This document shows positions 52,553-62,782 of a stretch of DNA of 64,000 bases, in pieces. The stretch is from Candidatus Poribacteria bacterium (GTDB lineage Bacteria; Poribacteria; WGA-4E; WGA-3G), in NCBI GenBank assembly GCA_965242965.1, contig OZ251518.1:480001-544000 (forward strand), written 5' to 3'. How positions within the stretch are numbered: position 1 is the stretch's first letter; every line of letters begins with the position of its first letter. Below the pieces are notes generated by a model, which saw nothing but the letters and a program-made list of their open reading frames with translations, made no database searches and was not told the origin of the DNA. Made by a program: the position numbers and the translations under genes.

Positions 52553-52809
52553 GAGGGTGTTTCATAATTCGCTCAATGTCGCGGGGGAAACCCGCTCGCA
52601 TGCGCGTGTGGCATCCGAGCCCTCCGTGCCACGATAAAAAAACGCTTCCCCTTCACGTAGGGCGAGGGCCTGTCCCTCGCCATGTGTCTTGCTGTTAGAC
52701 TGCCTCACCCCTGTAGGTCAGGATCGCCTGATCCTGACCTGTTCGGGAGCGGGCGCTCCCGAACTACAGAGGTGGGCCCGATGCCTTTCGGTGTTTATGA
52801 AACACCCTC
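52553..52809. mobile_element. MITE-like element with the same TIRs, third cargo arrangement
   Basis: GAGGGTGTTTCATAA ... TTATGAAACACCCTC perfect 15-bp inverted repeat; ATT on both flanks. Confidence 0.8.
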
Positions 52810-52903
52810 ATTGCAGTCACCGCGTTGGGGGCATTGCAGTTCGTCGCGCCGAGGGCGGCACGTATTTACCGAAAAGTGATAAAGGAGTTAAAAGATAAAT
52901 CTG

Positions 52904-53269
52904 ATGAGAATTCTTAAACAGAAAACTCTCAGGCTAATGGGGTTGTTACTGTGTATAATCCCGGTGACAGCGTGTTATACGGTGCTCCGCCTCCTTGGAT
53001 GTGCCGAGACGATAGCAACTCTCGCAACTGTGCTTTTTTCCGGGGTTGCTTATTTTTGGTTGCTGACCCGGATTGAAGTGTTTTTACGCAACATTTTGCC
53101 CTTCTTCCGTCCCAAACGGCGGACCGAATTTGAGGCAGTTAACCGCCGATTAGAACATTCGGATAACGATGTCGCCAAAGGTCCCAATTTATATGCCGAT
53201 GGCAACAAACCAGATGTTGACATTCCAATTATCCATGCTGCGCGGAGCCGCGTGGGAGGTTGGGTTTAG
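52904..53269 (+). CDS. Hypothetical small membrane protein
   Basis: Two hydrophobic segments; aaggag upstream. Confidence 0.55.
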   Translation: MRILKQKTLRLMGLLLCIIPVTACYTVLRLLGCAETIATLATVLFSGVAYFWLLTRIEVFLRNILPFFRPKRRTEFEAVNRRLEHSDNDVAKGPNLYADGNKPDVDIPIIHAARSRVGGWV

Positions 53270-53319
53270 GCCTAGCGGTTGAATTCAGCGATACGAACCG
53301 ATGCCGAAGGAAAATACTA

Positions 53320-55130
53320 GTGAAAACCGACAAAACCCCGAAAACGACACCCGCTCCAAACGAGGAGCGGCTCCGACAACTCAAGCAACTCTTCCCTGAA
53401 TGCCTCACCGAAGGCGAAGTGGACATGGAGAAACTTGCGAATATACTGCAGGTTTGTGAAGGGGGGGGGTAAACCAAAAGGATAGGTATCACTTCAATTG
53501 GGCAGGCAAGCGCGATGCCATCCGCCTACTCAATGTCCCCACCGAGGCTACTCTTATCCCATGCCGAGAGGAGTCGCTCCATTTTGACAGCACCTCAAAC
53601 CTCTTCATTGAGGGTGATAACCTAGAGGTGCTGAAACTCCTCTACAAACCCTATTTCGGACGCGTGAAGGCGATTTACATCGATCCGCCTTACAACACCG
53701 GCAACGACTTCGTCTATCCCGATAACTACGCGAAGCCGTTGGATACCTATCTCCAATTGTCGGGTCAAATCGATGCCGCTGGCAATCTGCAGACGAGCAA
53801 TCCGGAGAGTGGTGGCCGTTACCACTCGGCATGGTTATCGATGATGTATCCACGCCTTTTCCTTGCGCGGCAGTTGCTCACGGATGATGGCCTCATCTTC
53901 GTTAGTATCGATGACCGCGAGGTGCATGATCTTCGCTTCATGTTAAATGAGATTTTTGGCGAGGAAAATTTTATGCAACAACTCGTATGGCAACGACATG
54001 CTGGCGGCCGTAGTGATGTCAAGCATTTTGCAACAGACCACGAGTATATCCTCACGTATGCTAAAAATCTCCAGTCCATCGGTAAGTTGAGGCGGCCGTT
54101 AACCGAGGAGGAGAAAGCGGACTACACGGAAAAAGACGAGTATTATGGGACTCTCGGGCCCTATAAAACTCGCGGATTTCAAGCACAGCGTCAACATGGT
54201 GGGCATCTCTACGAGATCGAATGTCCCGACGGATCAGTGGTTTTGAAGCATTGGCGATGGCAGCAATCGCGTTTTCTGCAAGCGAAACAGGAAAACAAAA
54301 TCGCTTTCAAGCAGAACCAAAACGGGACATGGCGGGTTGAATATAAACTCTACCAGAATGAGGCTGCAAGGGTTCTGCGGAGTTTGTTGACAGATGTGGA
54401 ACGAAATAGCCATGCCCGCGCGCAGCTTCGGCGAATTTTCAAAGCAGATGATATTTTTGATTATCCAAAGCCGGTGGGTTTAATCAAACACCTCCTGCAG
54501 TTCAGCACTGACGCAGATTCCATCGTTTTGGATTTCTTCGCGGGCTCCTGCCCAACGGCGCAGGCGGTTCTAGAACTCAATCAGGAAGATGGCGGCAACC
54601 GACAGTTTATCGTCGTGCAACTCCCTGAACTGACACCGGAAAAATCGGAGGCGCGCAAGGCAGGATTTGAGACGATTGCCGAGATTGGCAAAGAACGGAT
54701 CCGCCGCGTGTGTTTGCAGGAAAACACGGGTTTTCGCGTCTTCAAACTTGCCGAGTCCAACTATCGGACAGAAGACGATGTCCGCACCGAGGATGTGCAA
54801 ACTTACATCGCGCAGTTGGAAAGCACTATCGATGCGCTTCGGGACGGATGGCGCGAAGAGGATGTCCTTTATGAAGTTGCGCTTAAAGAGGGATATCCAC
54901 TGGACAGCGAGATTGAACGCGTTACGGGCCTGGAGACGAATACGGTTTTTCAGATTGCCGCGCCCGATGGTTCGCAGATGTTCCACGTCTGTTTGGATGC
55001 GGAACTTGCGCCGAGAGATATAGAGCGTCTAGGGTTGTCAAAGGATTCCGTGTTTATCTGCCGGGATGTTGCGTTAACGGATACGCTTGCAGCGAACTTG
55101 GCATTGCAGTGTCGCCTTAAGACTCTCTGA
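53320..55130 (+). pseudogene. mod: Type III R-M methyltransferase, frameshifted at G9 (53461-53469)
   Basis: 5' part LKQLFPECLTEGEVD; 3' frame RYHFNWAGK, FIEGDNLEVLK, IYIDPPYNTG, YPKP, LDFFAGS; one extra G joins the two frames. Confidence 0.88.
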
Positions 55131-55199
55131 TACCAAACCGTGATGGGCAAACTCAGGTGCTCTTGCCCACGGGTGTCGCCAAAATGGGCCGTTTTAATC

Positions 55200-55727
55200 C
55201 CGACATGGCGAGGGACAGGCCCTCGCCCTACGGTGAAGGGAACTGTTTTTTACCGTAGCGCGGGGGCCTGTCCCCCGCGATCTCTATCGTCAAGAGTCGC
55301 GTTTTAGGTCCTTTAGGTCCTACATGTCTATAGCAACACGTGTCGGCCCGTTGTCAAGGTCCTTTAGGTCCTTAATAAGAAACGCGCGGCCCCGGCAAAA
55401 TCTATTAAGGTCCTACAGACCTTAGGGTTCTTCGCGGGCGCGCATGCTATAGACATTAAGGTCCTACGGACCTAAGAGACGTTTTTTTCGTAGTGCGGGG
55501 GCCTGTCCCCCGCGACGTTGTGCGATTTATGAAACACCCTCAATTAGATAAGGCGTGCCTGATCTTGACCCGTTCGGGATCGGGCGATCCCGAACTACAG
55601 AGTTATGAAACACCCTCGTTTTAATGCTGATTCAGACATCCGACATGGCGAGGGACAGGCACTCGCACTACGATACAACGAGGAAAGGCGAGGGACAGGC
55701 CCTCGCCCTACGATACAACGAGGAAAA
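55200..55727. repeat. Repeat cluster between mod and res
   Basis: GTAG hairpins at 55207, 55255, 55490; R3 element 55301-55481; TIR-like ttatgaaacaccctc ending 55541 and 55617; ~40-bp tandem duplication 55647-55727. Confidence 0.85.
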
Positions 55728-58379
55728 ATGCAATTTGAATTTGATGCCAATCAGGCATATCAACGCGATGCTATCGATGCCGTGGTCAAACTGTTTGAAG
55801 GACAAAGCCGCGTGCAGGCGAATCTTGAATTCAGTGGGGATACCAACTTCGCCGCTGTTCCGAATCGGCTGGACCTGGGCGATGACCAGGTTCATCGTAA
55901 CCTCGCGCAGGTTATAGTGGATAATCGCGCCCGGGATGCAGATAATCAAGACCGGGAGGGCTCTCCTATTGGGTTTCCGAACTTTTCTGTGGAGATGGAA
56001 ACCGGCACTGGGAAAACCTACATTTATCTGCGCACTGCGCTGGAGCTCTATCAGCAGTATGGGATGCGGAAGTTCATCGTCGTTGTGCCTTCGGTAGCGA
56101 TTCGGGAAGGCGTGCTGAAAACCCTCCAGATGACAGAAGCGCATTTCAAAAACCTGTATCAGAATTTGCCTTATCGCTACTGCGTTTACGACTCCGCGAA
56201 TCTCTCCCAAGTCCGGCAATTTGCGTTGTCGGGAAGCGTGGAGATTATGGTGATGACGCTTGCTTCGTTCAACAAGGCATCCAACGTCATTCGTCAAAGC
56301 ACGGACAGGTTGCAAGGGGAAACGCCGATTCATCTCATCCAAGCGGCGCGCCCGATACTCATCCTTGACGAACCGCAACGGATGGAAAGCGACTTGAGTG
56401 TTGAGTCCCTCTCGTCCTTATCTCCGCTGTTCGCCTTGCGGTATAGTGCTACGCATCGGAACGCTTACAACCTCGTCTATCAATTAACGCCTTACGATGC
56501 GTATCGCGAAGGGTTGGTGAAGCAGATAGAGGTGGCGGGTTTTGAGGAGCGCGCGGGCATGAGTCGCGCCTTTGTTGAGGTGAAAAGCCTTCGTAGCCAA
56601 AGGCACCGCGTGACAGCGAAACTCGCCGTGCATAAACTGCAGAAGAGCGGCGCGGTAAAACTTACCACGCTGACTGTCAGGGCCGGTGACGATCTGGCGA
56701 TGAAAACCAATCTGCCGATGTATGAAGGGTATCGCGTCAAGGAAATCGACTTGCGGTGGGAACATGTCAGTTTTGAAAACGGCGTGGAGATGAAGGTAGG
56801 CGAGTCGCGCGGTGCAGACAAAACGGCGATGTTTGAAGCGCAAATCCGCTATACGATAGAGGAACATTTTCGGAAACAGGCGCGCCTCAAGCCGCACGGT
56901 ATCAAGGTGTTGTCTCTCTTTTTCATCGATAAGGTCAGCAATTACGCCGACGATGATGGCGTTATTCGCAAGTTGTTTGACAAATGTTTCAACGAGTTGA
57001 AGCAGGAAGCGCGATATACGGAGTGGCGAGACAAACGCGCGGCGGATGTGCAAGCCGCCTATTTTGCTCAAAGCAAGAAGGGTGGCAAGGCTGTCTACGA
57101 AGACAGCAAAACAGGGGAGGCGCAGCGCGATGCGGAGGCGTATCAACTCATCATGAGGGACAAGGAGCGGCTGTTGTCCTTTGCCGAACCGACGTGCTTC
57201 ATTTTTTCGCATTCTGCGCTTCGCGAGGGGTGGGATAGTCCGAACGTTTTCCAGATCTGCACGCTTAACCAGACTGCCTCGGAGATGAAGAAACGGCAGG
57301 AGATCGGGCGCGGCGTGCGCCTCGCTGTTAATCAGGATGGGAAACGCGTGCATGATGGACAGCTCAACCTGCTCACCGTGATTGCCAACGATAGTTACGC
57401 CAATTACGTCAGGGAATTGCAAACCGAAGTGACGGAGGAATTCGGGGGTGCGGCGAGCACGCCGAGACCACGGAATGCGCGGGAACGTGGTGTTGCGCGG
57501 CCGAACAAAGAGATGATGCTCACGCCGGAGTTCAAGGAACTCTGGGAACGGATAAAGCACAAAACGCGATATAAGGTGGCGGTTGACACCGAGACGCTCA
57601 TCTCCGAGGTAGTGGCGGCATTGGATAATGCCGAGATCGAACTCCCCCAACTTAGCATCGGCAGGGGGCGCGTGGTGGCAGATGAAGAGGATAACTTCTC
57701 CGTTCAGCACATGGGGGAGGGAAGTTTTACGTATCAGATGTCTGGGAGTGCAAACGTCGTCGGTTACATGGAGCATCGGTTGGCACATACGACACCGGCG
57801 ATGAGATTGACGCGGCGCACCTTGCTGCAGATTCTGAAACGCACCCGAAATCAGCAGACAGCGATAGACAACCCTTCTGAATTTGCCAAAGTTGCGGTTG
57901 GGTTTATCAGGGAGAAGATGACGCAGCAGCTTATTGACGGAATAAAATATGAGCCGATCGGCGAGGCTTATGAAATGCGGCTGCTGGATTGCGAACTGGA
58001 GAGTTGGAAGGACTGCATGGTGCCTGCTTCGCGTTCTGTCTATGATGCGGTGATATACGACTCGGAGGTTGAACGCGCATTCGTTGAGGCGTTAGAGCAG
58101 CGCGCGGATATCCGGTGCTATCTGAAGTTGCCCGCCTTTTTCGCCGTGCCGACACCGATTGGCGACTATAACCCGGATTGGGCAATTGTGAAGGAGGTGC
58201 GCGATGCGTTCGGTGTTCCTACCGGCGAGAAACTTTATTTGGTGCGCGAGACGAAGGGGACGGCTGATGCATCGCAACTTCGTCCGAGTGAAGCGCAGAA
58301 GATTCGGTGTGGTGAACGTCATTTCTGGGACGCGCTTGATGTGGATTATTGCGTCGTCACTTCTGCAGATGAGGTTTAA
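55728..58379 (+). CDS. res: Type III R-M restriction subunit
   Basis: EMETGTGKT, ILDEPQ, RYSATH, ALREGWDSPNVFQIC, QEIGRGVRL, YNPDW...ETKG. Confidence 0.93.
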   Translation: MQFEFDANQAYQRDAIDAVVKLFEGQSRVQANLEFSGDTNFAAVPNRLDLGDDQVHRNLAQVIVDNRARDADNQDREGSPIGFPNFSVEMETGTGKTYIYLRTALELYQQYGMRKFIVVVPSVAIREGVLKTLQMTEAHFKNLYQNLPYRYCVYDSANLSQVRQFALSGSVEIMVMTLASFNKASNVIRQSTDRLQGETPIHLIQAARPILILDEPQRMESDLSVESLSSLSPLFALRYSATHRNAYNLVYQLTPYDAYREGLVKQIEVAGFEERAGMSRAFVEVKSLRSQRHRVTAKLAVHKLQKSGAVKLTTLTVRAGDDLAMKTNLPMYEGYRVKEIDLRWEHVSFENGVEMKVGESRGADKTAMFEAQIRYTIEEHFRKQARLKPHGIKVLSLFFIDKVSNYADDDGVIRKLFDKCFNELKQEARYTEWRDKRAADVQAAYFAQSKKGGKAVYEDSKTGEAQRDAEAYQLIMRDKERLLSFAEPTCFIFSHSALREGWDSPNVFQICTLNQTASEMKKRQEIGRGVRLAVNQDGKRVHDGQLNLLTVIANDSYANYVRELQTEVTEEFGGAASTPRPRNARERGVARPNKEMMLTPEFKELWERIKHKTRYKVAVDTETLISEVVAALDNAEIELPQLSIGRGRVVADEEDNFSVQHMGEGSFTYQMSGSANVVGYMEHRLAHTTPAMRLTRRTLLQILKRTRNQQTAIDNPSEFAKVAVGFIREKMTQQLIDGIKYEPIGEAYEMRLLDCELESWKDCMVPASRSVYDAVIYDSEVERAFVEALEQRADIRCYLKLPAFFAVPTPIGDYNPDWAIVKEVRDAFGVPTGEKLYLVRETKGTADASQLRPSEAQKIRCGERHFWDALDVDYCVVTSADEV

Positions 58380-58459
58380 GCGATGCTGTCCCTAGGTTCT
58401 TCAATGGAGAGCATGTCTGCGGAACGGGAAACGGCTTTGGTTGGCGTGCGTTTTTCGCG

Positions 58460-59167
58460 CAGATCGGGCGATCGCGGGGGAAAAACGTGCCGCTGACCGT
58501 AGGGCGAGGGCCTGTCCCTCGCCGTGCCTCGATCGGGAGGGAAATGGCCTGGGTCTGCGTGCAGTTTTTGCGCAGGTCGGGCGATCGCGGGGGACAGGCC
58601 CCCGCGCTACGGGCCCGGAAGGGTTCTCCTCAAGGTCCGTAGGACCTTAATGTCTATAGCACGCGCCGATGCAATATCCCTCAAGGTCCTTTAGGACCTT
58701 AATGTTTTCTGCCGCAGATTAAGGACCTAAAGGACTTTAGGGCTTTTTTTTGGTCGGGTTTCTATAGCTATGCAGGACCTAAAGGACCTGAAGAGACGTT
58801 TTTTTACGGGTGCGCTCGCGGGGGACAGGCCCCCGCGCTACGGTAGATGAGGAGGCCTCGCTATTGACCCGTTCGGGATCAGGCACTCCCGAACTACAGT
58901 CTCCGGGCCATATAATCTTGCTAATTCGTGATAATCGTGTAAATCCTGCTCATCTCTGAGGCACGCGGGCGAACGCGAGGGCCTGTCTCCCGCGCCGGGG
59001 GGTTGGGTTCTGTGTGGCAAAAAAAATTCTGCTAGCAAAGAAAACAGCAATGTGATATACTGGTTCATGTCAGGAAACTTCATGGGGTATCTCCTAAAAT
59101 GTTTTTAGTTCTTCATGCTAGGATCCCCCATCTCCTGACATTTTACAACCATTTATGAAACACCCTC
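58460..59167. repeat. Repeat cluster (REP hairpins, R3, R4, orphan TIR)
   Basis: gtagggcgagggcctgtccctcgcc at 58499; R3 58631-58800; aatcttg/aatcctg 58912-58952; ttatgaaacaccctc ending 59167. Confidence 0.8.
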
Positions 59168-59199
59168 GTATAATTCGTATTTCCAAAATGGAGGAAGAA

Positions 59200-60126
59200 A
59201 TGGCAAGAAAAAAAATTAGTGTCATCGGCGCGGGGAATGTTGGCGCAACAGCAGCGTTCCTCATCGCGCAAAAACAACTCGCCGATGTCGTGATGATCGA
59301 CATCATTGACGGAGTCCCGCAAGGTAAGGCTCTTGATATGGCGCAGATGTCCCCCGTGGAGATGTTTGATGCCGCCATTGATGGAAGCCTTGATTACGCT
59401 GCTACTGCTGGCTCCGATTTAGTCATTATCACATCCGGTTCCCCGCGCAAACCGGGAATGACGCGCGAGGATCTGTTGCAAACCAACGCCAACATCGTCG
59501 GCAGCGTCACGGAAAGCGTCGTCAAGCATTCACCCGATTGCATCCTTATGATGCTTACCAACCCATTAGACATCATGACGTATCACGCATGGAAGGTCTC
59601 GGGGTTTCCCTCACACCGAGTTGTCGGGCAGGCAGGCGTGCTGGATTCGGCACGGTTCCGTTATTTCATATCGCTGGAGTTGGGGGTATCCGTGGAAGAC
59701 ATTCACGCGCTCGTCCTCGGCGGACACGGAGACACGATGGTGCCGCTGCCGCGCTATACCACCGTTAACGGCATCCCTATTCCGCAACTCATCCCGCAAG
59801 AACGGATTGAGGCGATGGCACAGCGCACCCGCGATGGCGGTGCCGAAGTCGTGAACCTCCTCAAGACGAGCGGGTATTACGCCGCCGGTGCGTCGTTAGC
59901 ACAAATGGCGGAGGCGATTGTTCTGGACAAAAAACGGCTGCTCCCGTGTTCTGCGCATCTTACCGGACAGTATGGCATCGATGACCTGTATATCGGGGTG
60001 CCGATTAAACTCGGTGCAAACGGGGTTGAGCAGATTGTCGAAATCGAATTAACGAGTGATGAACTCGCGTCCTTACAGCACTCCGCGCAAACCTATCGGG
60101 AAGGGATTGCGCTGCTCGGCTACTAA
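59200..60126 (+). CDS. mdh: Malate dehydrogenase (LDH-like)
   Basis: KISVIGAGNVG, PRKPGMTREDL, TNPLD, LDSARF, LGGHGD. Confidence 0.95.
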   Translation: MARKKISVIGAGNVGATAAFLIAQKQLADVVMIDIIDGVPQGKALDMAQMSPVEMFDAAIDGSLDYAATAGSDLVIITSGSPRKPGMTREDLLQTNANIVGSVTESVVKHSPDCILMMLTNPLDIMTYHAWKVSGFPSHRVVGQAGVLDSARFRYFISLELGVSVEDIHALVLGGHGDTMVPLPRYTTVNGIPIPQLIPQERIEAMAQRTRDGGAEVVNLLKTSGYYAAGASLAQMAEAIVLDKKRLLPCSAHLTGQYGIDDLYIGVPIKLGANGVEQIVEIELTSDELASLQHSAQTYREGIALLGY

Positions 60127-60162
60127 CGCGCCTCCAAATTTCATTTGGAAGGAGAATAACTT

Positions 60163-61377
60163 TTGCGAAATTTGCTTAACGGCAAGGTTCTTCTTGCCTT
60201 ATTAATTCTTGCGATGTGCTTGAGTTTTACCTCAACGAGTCATGGTCTGTCCTTCGTTTCCGTAGAACCAGATCAGACTGAATCACCGCGAATCGGAGGC
60301 GAACTGAGTTTCAGCATCCAGATAGTCGGTGGACTAGGTGTCGCAGGCTATCAGTTGACTGTAGAGTTCGATCCGACAGCGTTGCGTTATGTTGGAGGTA
60401 GTTACGCGGATTATCTTCCCGCTGGGGCACTTGCAGTACCAGTGAGTGCGACTGATAACAGCGTTTCGTTTACCGCAACTTCCGTGGTAGGAGAAGCTGT
60501 AGCCAGCGTCGGCACACTTGCGGTAGTCACTTTTGAGGTAATTGATCCAAAACCGTCTGCGATTCGGTTGATGGATGTTGTCCTCTCCGATATTAACGGC
60601 ATGCCGTTGGAAGTCATAACTTCCAATGGCACAATTGTTGAACCCAGGGCGTTATCCTGGGATGTCAATCAGGATGGAATAGTCAACATCCTAGATTTAA
60701 CGCTAGTAGCAGGCAATCTCGGGGCAGTTGTTCCAACGAACCCACGCGCGGATGCCAATGGTGATGGAACCGTTAATGTGTTAGATCTGGTGCTCGTTGC
60801 CTCAAACTTGGGCGCAGTAGTGGAGGAACGAACTGCGCCAGCAGCTTTGGTTTCGGCGCATCCTGCAAACGGTGCCAGAATCGCTGCAAACGCGTCTGTC
60901 ACTGTCGTCTTTGACAATGCGCCTGCTAATCTTTCTGTGAGTGTGGGGAGTGTTACTGTAGCCGGTAAAACTGCCACAATCGCAGGCCCTTTCGCGCCGG
61001 GGCTGCTTGCTTTCACCCTCACGTGGGATGATGGGACACAAACCCTGAACTACATTGTGACGGTGCCGGATAACACCCCGCCGACAGTTACGGGAGGCAC
61101 AGTAAGTGATGGCGACAAGGATGTCGATTCTGAAGCCATTAACTTTGACGCGAAGATTGAGATTACCTTCAGCGAGGATGTGACAGGAAGTATCGCGCTG
61201 CAGACCGAGGGTGGCGACGATGTCGGTTGGCTTGGCAAAATCGAAGGCACCACAGGCACCTTGGAACTCGTCAAAGGCAATGAAATTGAAAACGATACTA
61301 TCTACGTCATCGTAGGAAAAGTTTCAGATAGTGCCGGTAATTCTCTTGATGTCAATATCGCCTTCGTCACTCAATAA
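60163..61377 (+). CDS. Secreted cohesin + dockerin + Ig-like domain protein
   Basis: Signal peptide; VAGYQLTVEFDPTALRY...GTLAVVTFEV cohesin-like region; DVNQDGIVNILDL and DANGDGTVNVLDL; DNTPPTV...ITFSEDV Ig-like region. Confidence 0.8.
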   Translation: MRNLLNGKVLLALLILAMCLSFTSTSHGLSFVSVEPDQTESPRIGGELSFSIQIVGGLGVAGYQLTVEFDPTALRYVGGSYADYLPAGALAVPVSATDNSVSFTATSVVGEAVASVGTLAVVTFEVIDPKPSAIRLMDVVLSDINGMPLEVITSNGTIVEPRALSWDVNQDGIVNILDLTLVAGNLGAVVPTNPRADANGDGTVNVLDLVLVASNLGAVVEERTAPAALVSAHPANGARIAANASVTVVFDNAPANLSVSVGSVTVAGKTATIAGPFAPGLLAFTLTWDDGTQTLNYIVTVPDNTPPTVTGGTVSDGDKDVDSEAINFDAKIEITFSEDVTGSIALQTEGGDDVGWLGKIEGTTGTLELVKGNEIENDTIYVIVGKVSDSAGNSLDVNIAFVTQ

Positions 61378-61397
61378 ATTTCGGTTCTGCAGAGGAT

Positions 61398-61430
61398 AGC
61401 GTGTGTGAGGTATATCACCTCGCACACGCT
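61398..61430. terminator. Hairpin between convergent genes
   Basis: agcgtgtgtgaggt-atatc-acctcgcacacgct. Confidence 0.6.
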
Positions 61431-61451
61431 TCAAACCCAACGAGCATGGCC

Positions 61452-62057
61452 CTATGCCTTTTGCTCCACCATGTTGACGAGGATACCGAGGATTCTATCG
61501 CACCGTTCGATCGGGTAGGTTGCCATATCAATATGCAGGCACTTTCCCTCCAATTTCAGGAATAGCCATTCTGTGCCAGTTGTGGAAACTCCGTAAACGC
61601 GAGGGATATCATTGCCTTTTTCAGCGTTAAAGCGTTGGGCGGCGAGCATTTCCGCAACACATTGCCCAAGCCCCAGTTTCAAGTCAAGATTTTTCGCCTC
61701 AACGAGGACGATGACAGGGGCCGCCAAATCAAGCTGGTCTGGCGATAGACTCACTAAAAAATCGCAAACGCCTGTCAAGCCGCATCCCGGGTCAACGCTA
61801 AAATCAATGCCGGAAAAGAAACTAATCCGGTAATTGAAATGCTCAAGGAGTTCAACAAGCACATCGGCGACAATCAGTTCCGACCGGGCTTTCTCCGTGC
61901 CGATAGCGGTGGCTAACGATACCTTTTTCGCCAAGCCTGTGGTGAGATACGCGCTGGGTTCCACAGGCTCTATTTCAGAAAAGAGGCCAGTAGACAGAAC
62001 CTTTTTGAGTTGGAACGTTTTCTGCGCTTCTGCTAGGGTGAAATTGCTATAAGCCAT
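61452..62057 (-). CDS. MAYSNFTL-type putative PD-(D/E)XK nuclease-fold protein, copy 3
   Basis: TEKARSELIV, GVCDFLVS, VEAK, GQCVAEM.AAQRFN, TTGTEW.F. Confidence 0.8.
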   Translation of the reverse strand: MAYSNFTLAEAQKTFQLKKVLSTGLFSEIEPVEPSAYLTTGLAKKVSLATAIGTEKARSELIVADVLVELLEHFNYRISFFSGIDFSVDPGCGLTGVCDFLVSLSPDQLDLAAPVIVLVEAKNLDLKLGLGQCVAEMLAAQRFNAEKGNDIPRVYGVSTTGTEWLFLKLEGKCLHIDMATYPIERCDRILGILVNMVEQKA

Positions 62058-62086
62058 TGATCAAACCTCTTGTGTAGGGAATCGTC

Positions 62087-62692
62087 TCATGCCTTTTGCT
62101 CCACCATGCTGACGAGGATGCCGAGGATTCTGTCACACTGCGCAATTGTGTAGTCTGTTCGATCAAGGTGCAAACGCTGTCTGTCCAATTTGAGGAATTG
62201 CCAGACAGTCCCTGAAGTGGTCGTCCCATAAACACAAGGGATGTCATTACCCCTTTCCGCGTTAAAGCGTTGTGCTGCCACCATCTCGGCGACACACTGC
62301 CCGAAACCGCCTGTCAAATCGTCTTTTTTCGCTTCAACCAAGGCGATGATAGGTGCCTCTAAAAATGCTTGTGTTGGCGACAGACTCACCAGAAAATCGC
62401 ATACACCGCGCAAATCGTTATCGGCATCAACATCGAATTCAATGCCGGAGAAAAGGCTGATGCGCCGGTTAAAGTGCTCGCGGAGTTCAATGAGAATGTT
62501 GGCAACAATCATTTCTGATTTTGCCTTCTCCGTGTTGATGGCGGCGGCTAATTCCACATTTCTCTCCAGCGTCGTGGTGAGATGTGCACTGGGATGCACC
62601 CCCGCTGTGGTAGAAAAGAGCCCGGTGGATTCAACGATTTCAAGTTGAAAATTTTTCTGGACTGCTTCCAAGGTGAAGTTGCTATACGCCAT
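62087..62692 (-). CDS. MAYSNFTL-type putative PD-(D/E)XK nuclease-fold protein, copy 2
   Basis: Same motifs, 201 aa; the most divergent of the three. Confidence 0.8.
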   Translation of the reverse strand: MAYSNFTLEAVQKNFQLEIVESTGLFSTTAGVHPSAHLTTTLERNVELAAAINTEKAKSEMIVANILIELREHFNRRISLFSGIEFDVDADNDLRGVCDFLVSLSPTQAFLEAPIIALVEAKKDDLTGGFGQCVAEMVAAQRFNAERGNDIPCVYGTTTSGTVWQFLKLDRQRLHLDRTDYTIAQCDRILGILVSMVEQKA

Positions 62693-62782
62693 AACCGCAC
62701 CTCTTTTGTAGTGAGCCGCAATTCTATTTGCGCCTTATTGCCTCATGGCACACGAGCCCAAACTACTCAGGGTAATTTAGTC

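Noticed and set aside
56484-57788. 434-aa minus-strand ORF
   Set aside because: Lies wholly antisense to res and has no recognisable motifs
42436-59199. ORF starts reading MKHP (42436, 45160, 55605, 59155)
   Set aside because: The ATG comes from the TIR ttATGAAACACCCTC; the real starts lie downstream with their own RBS
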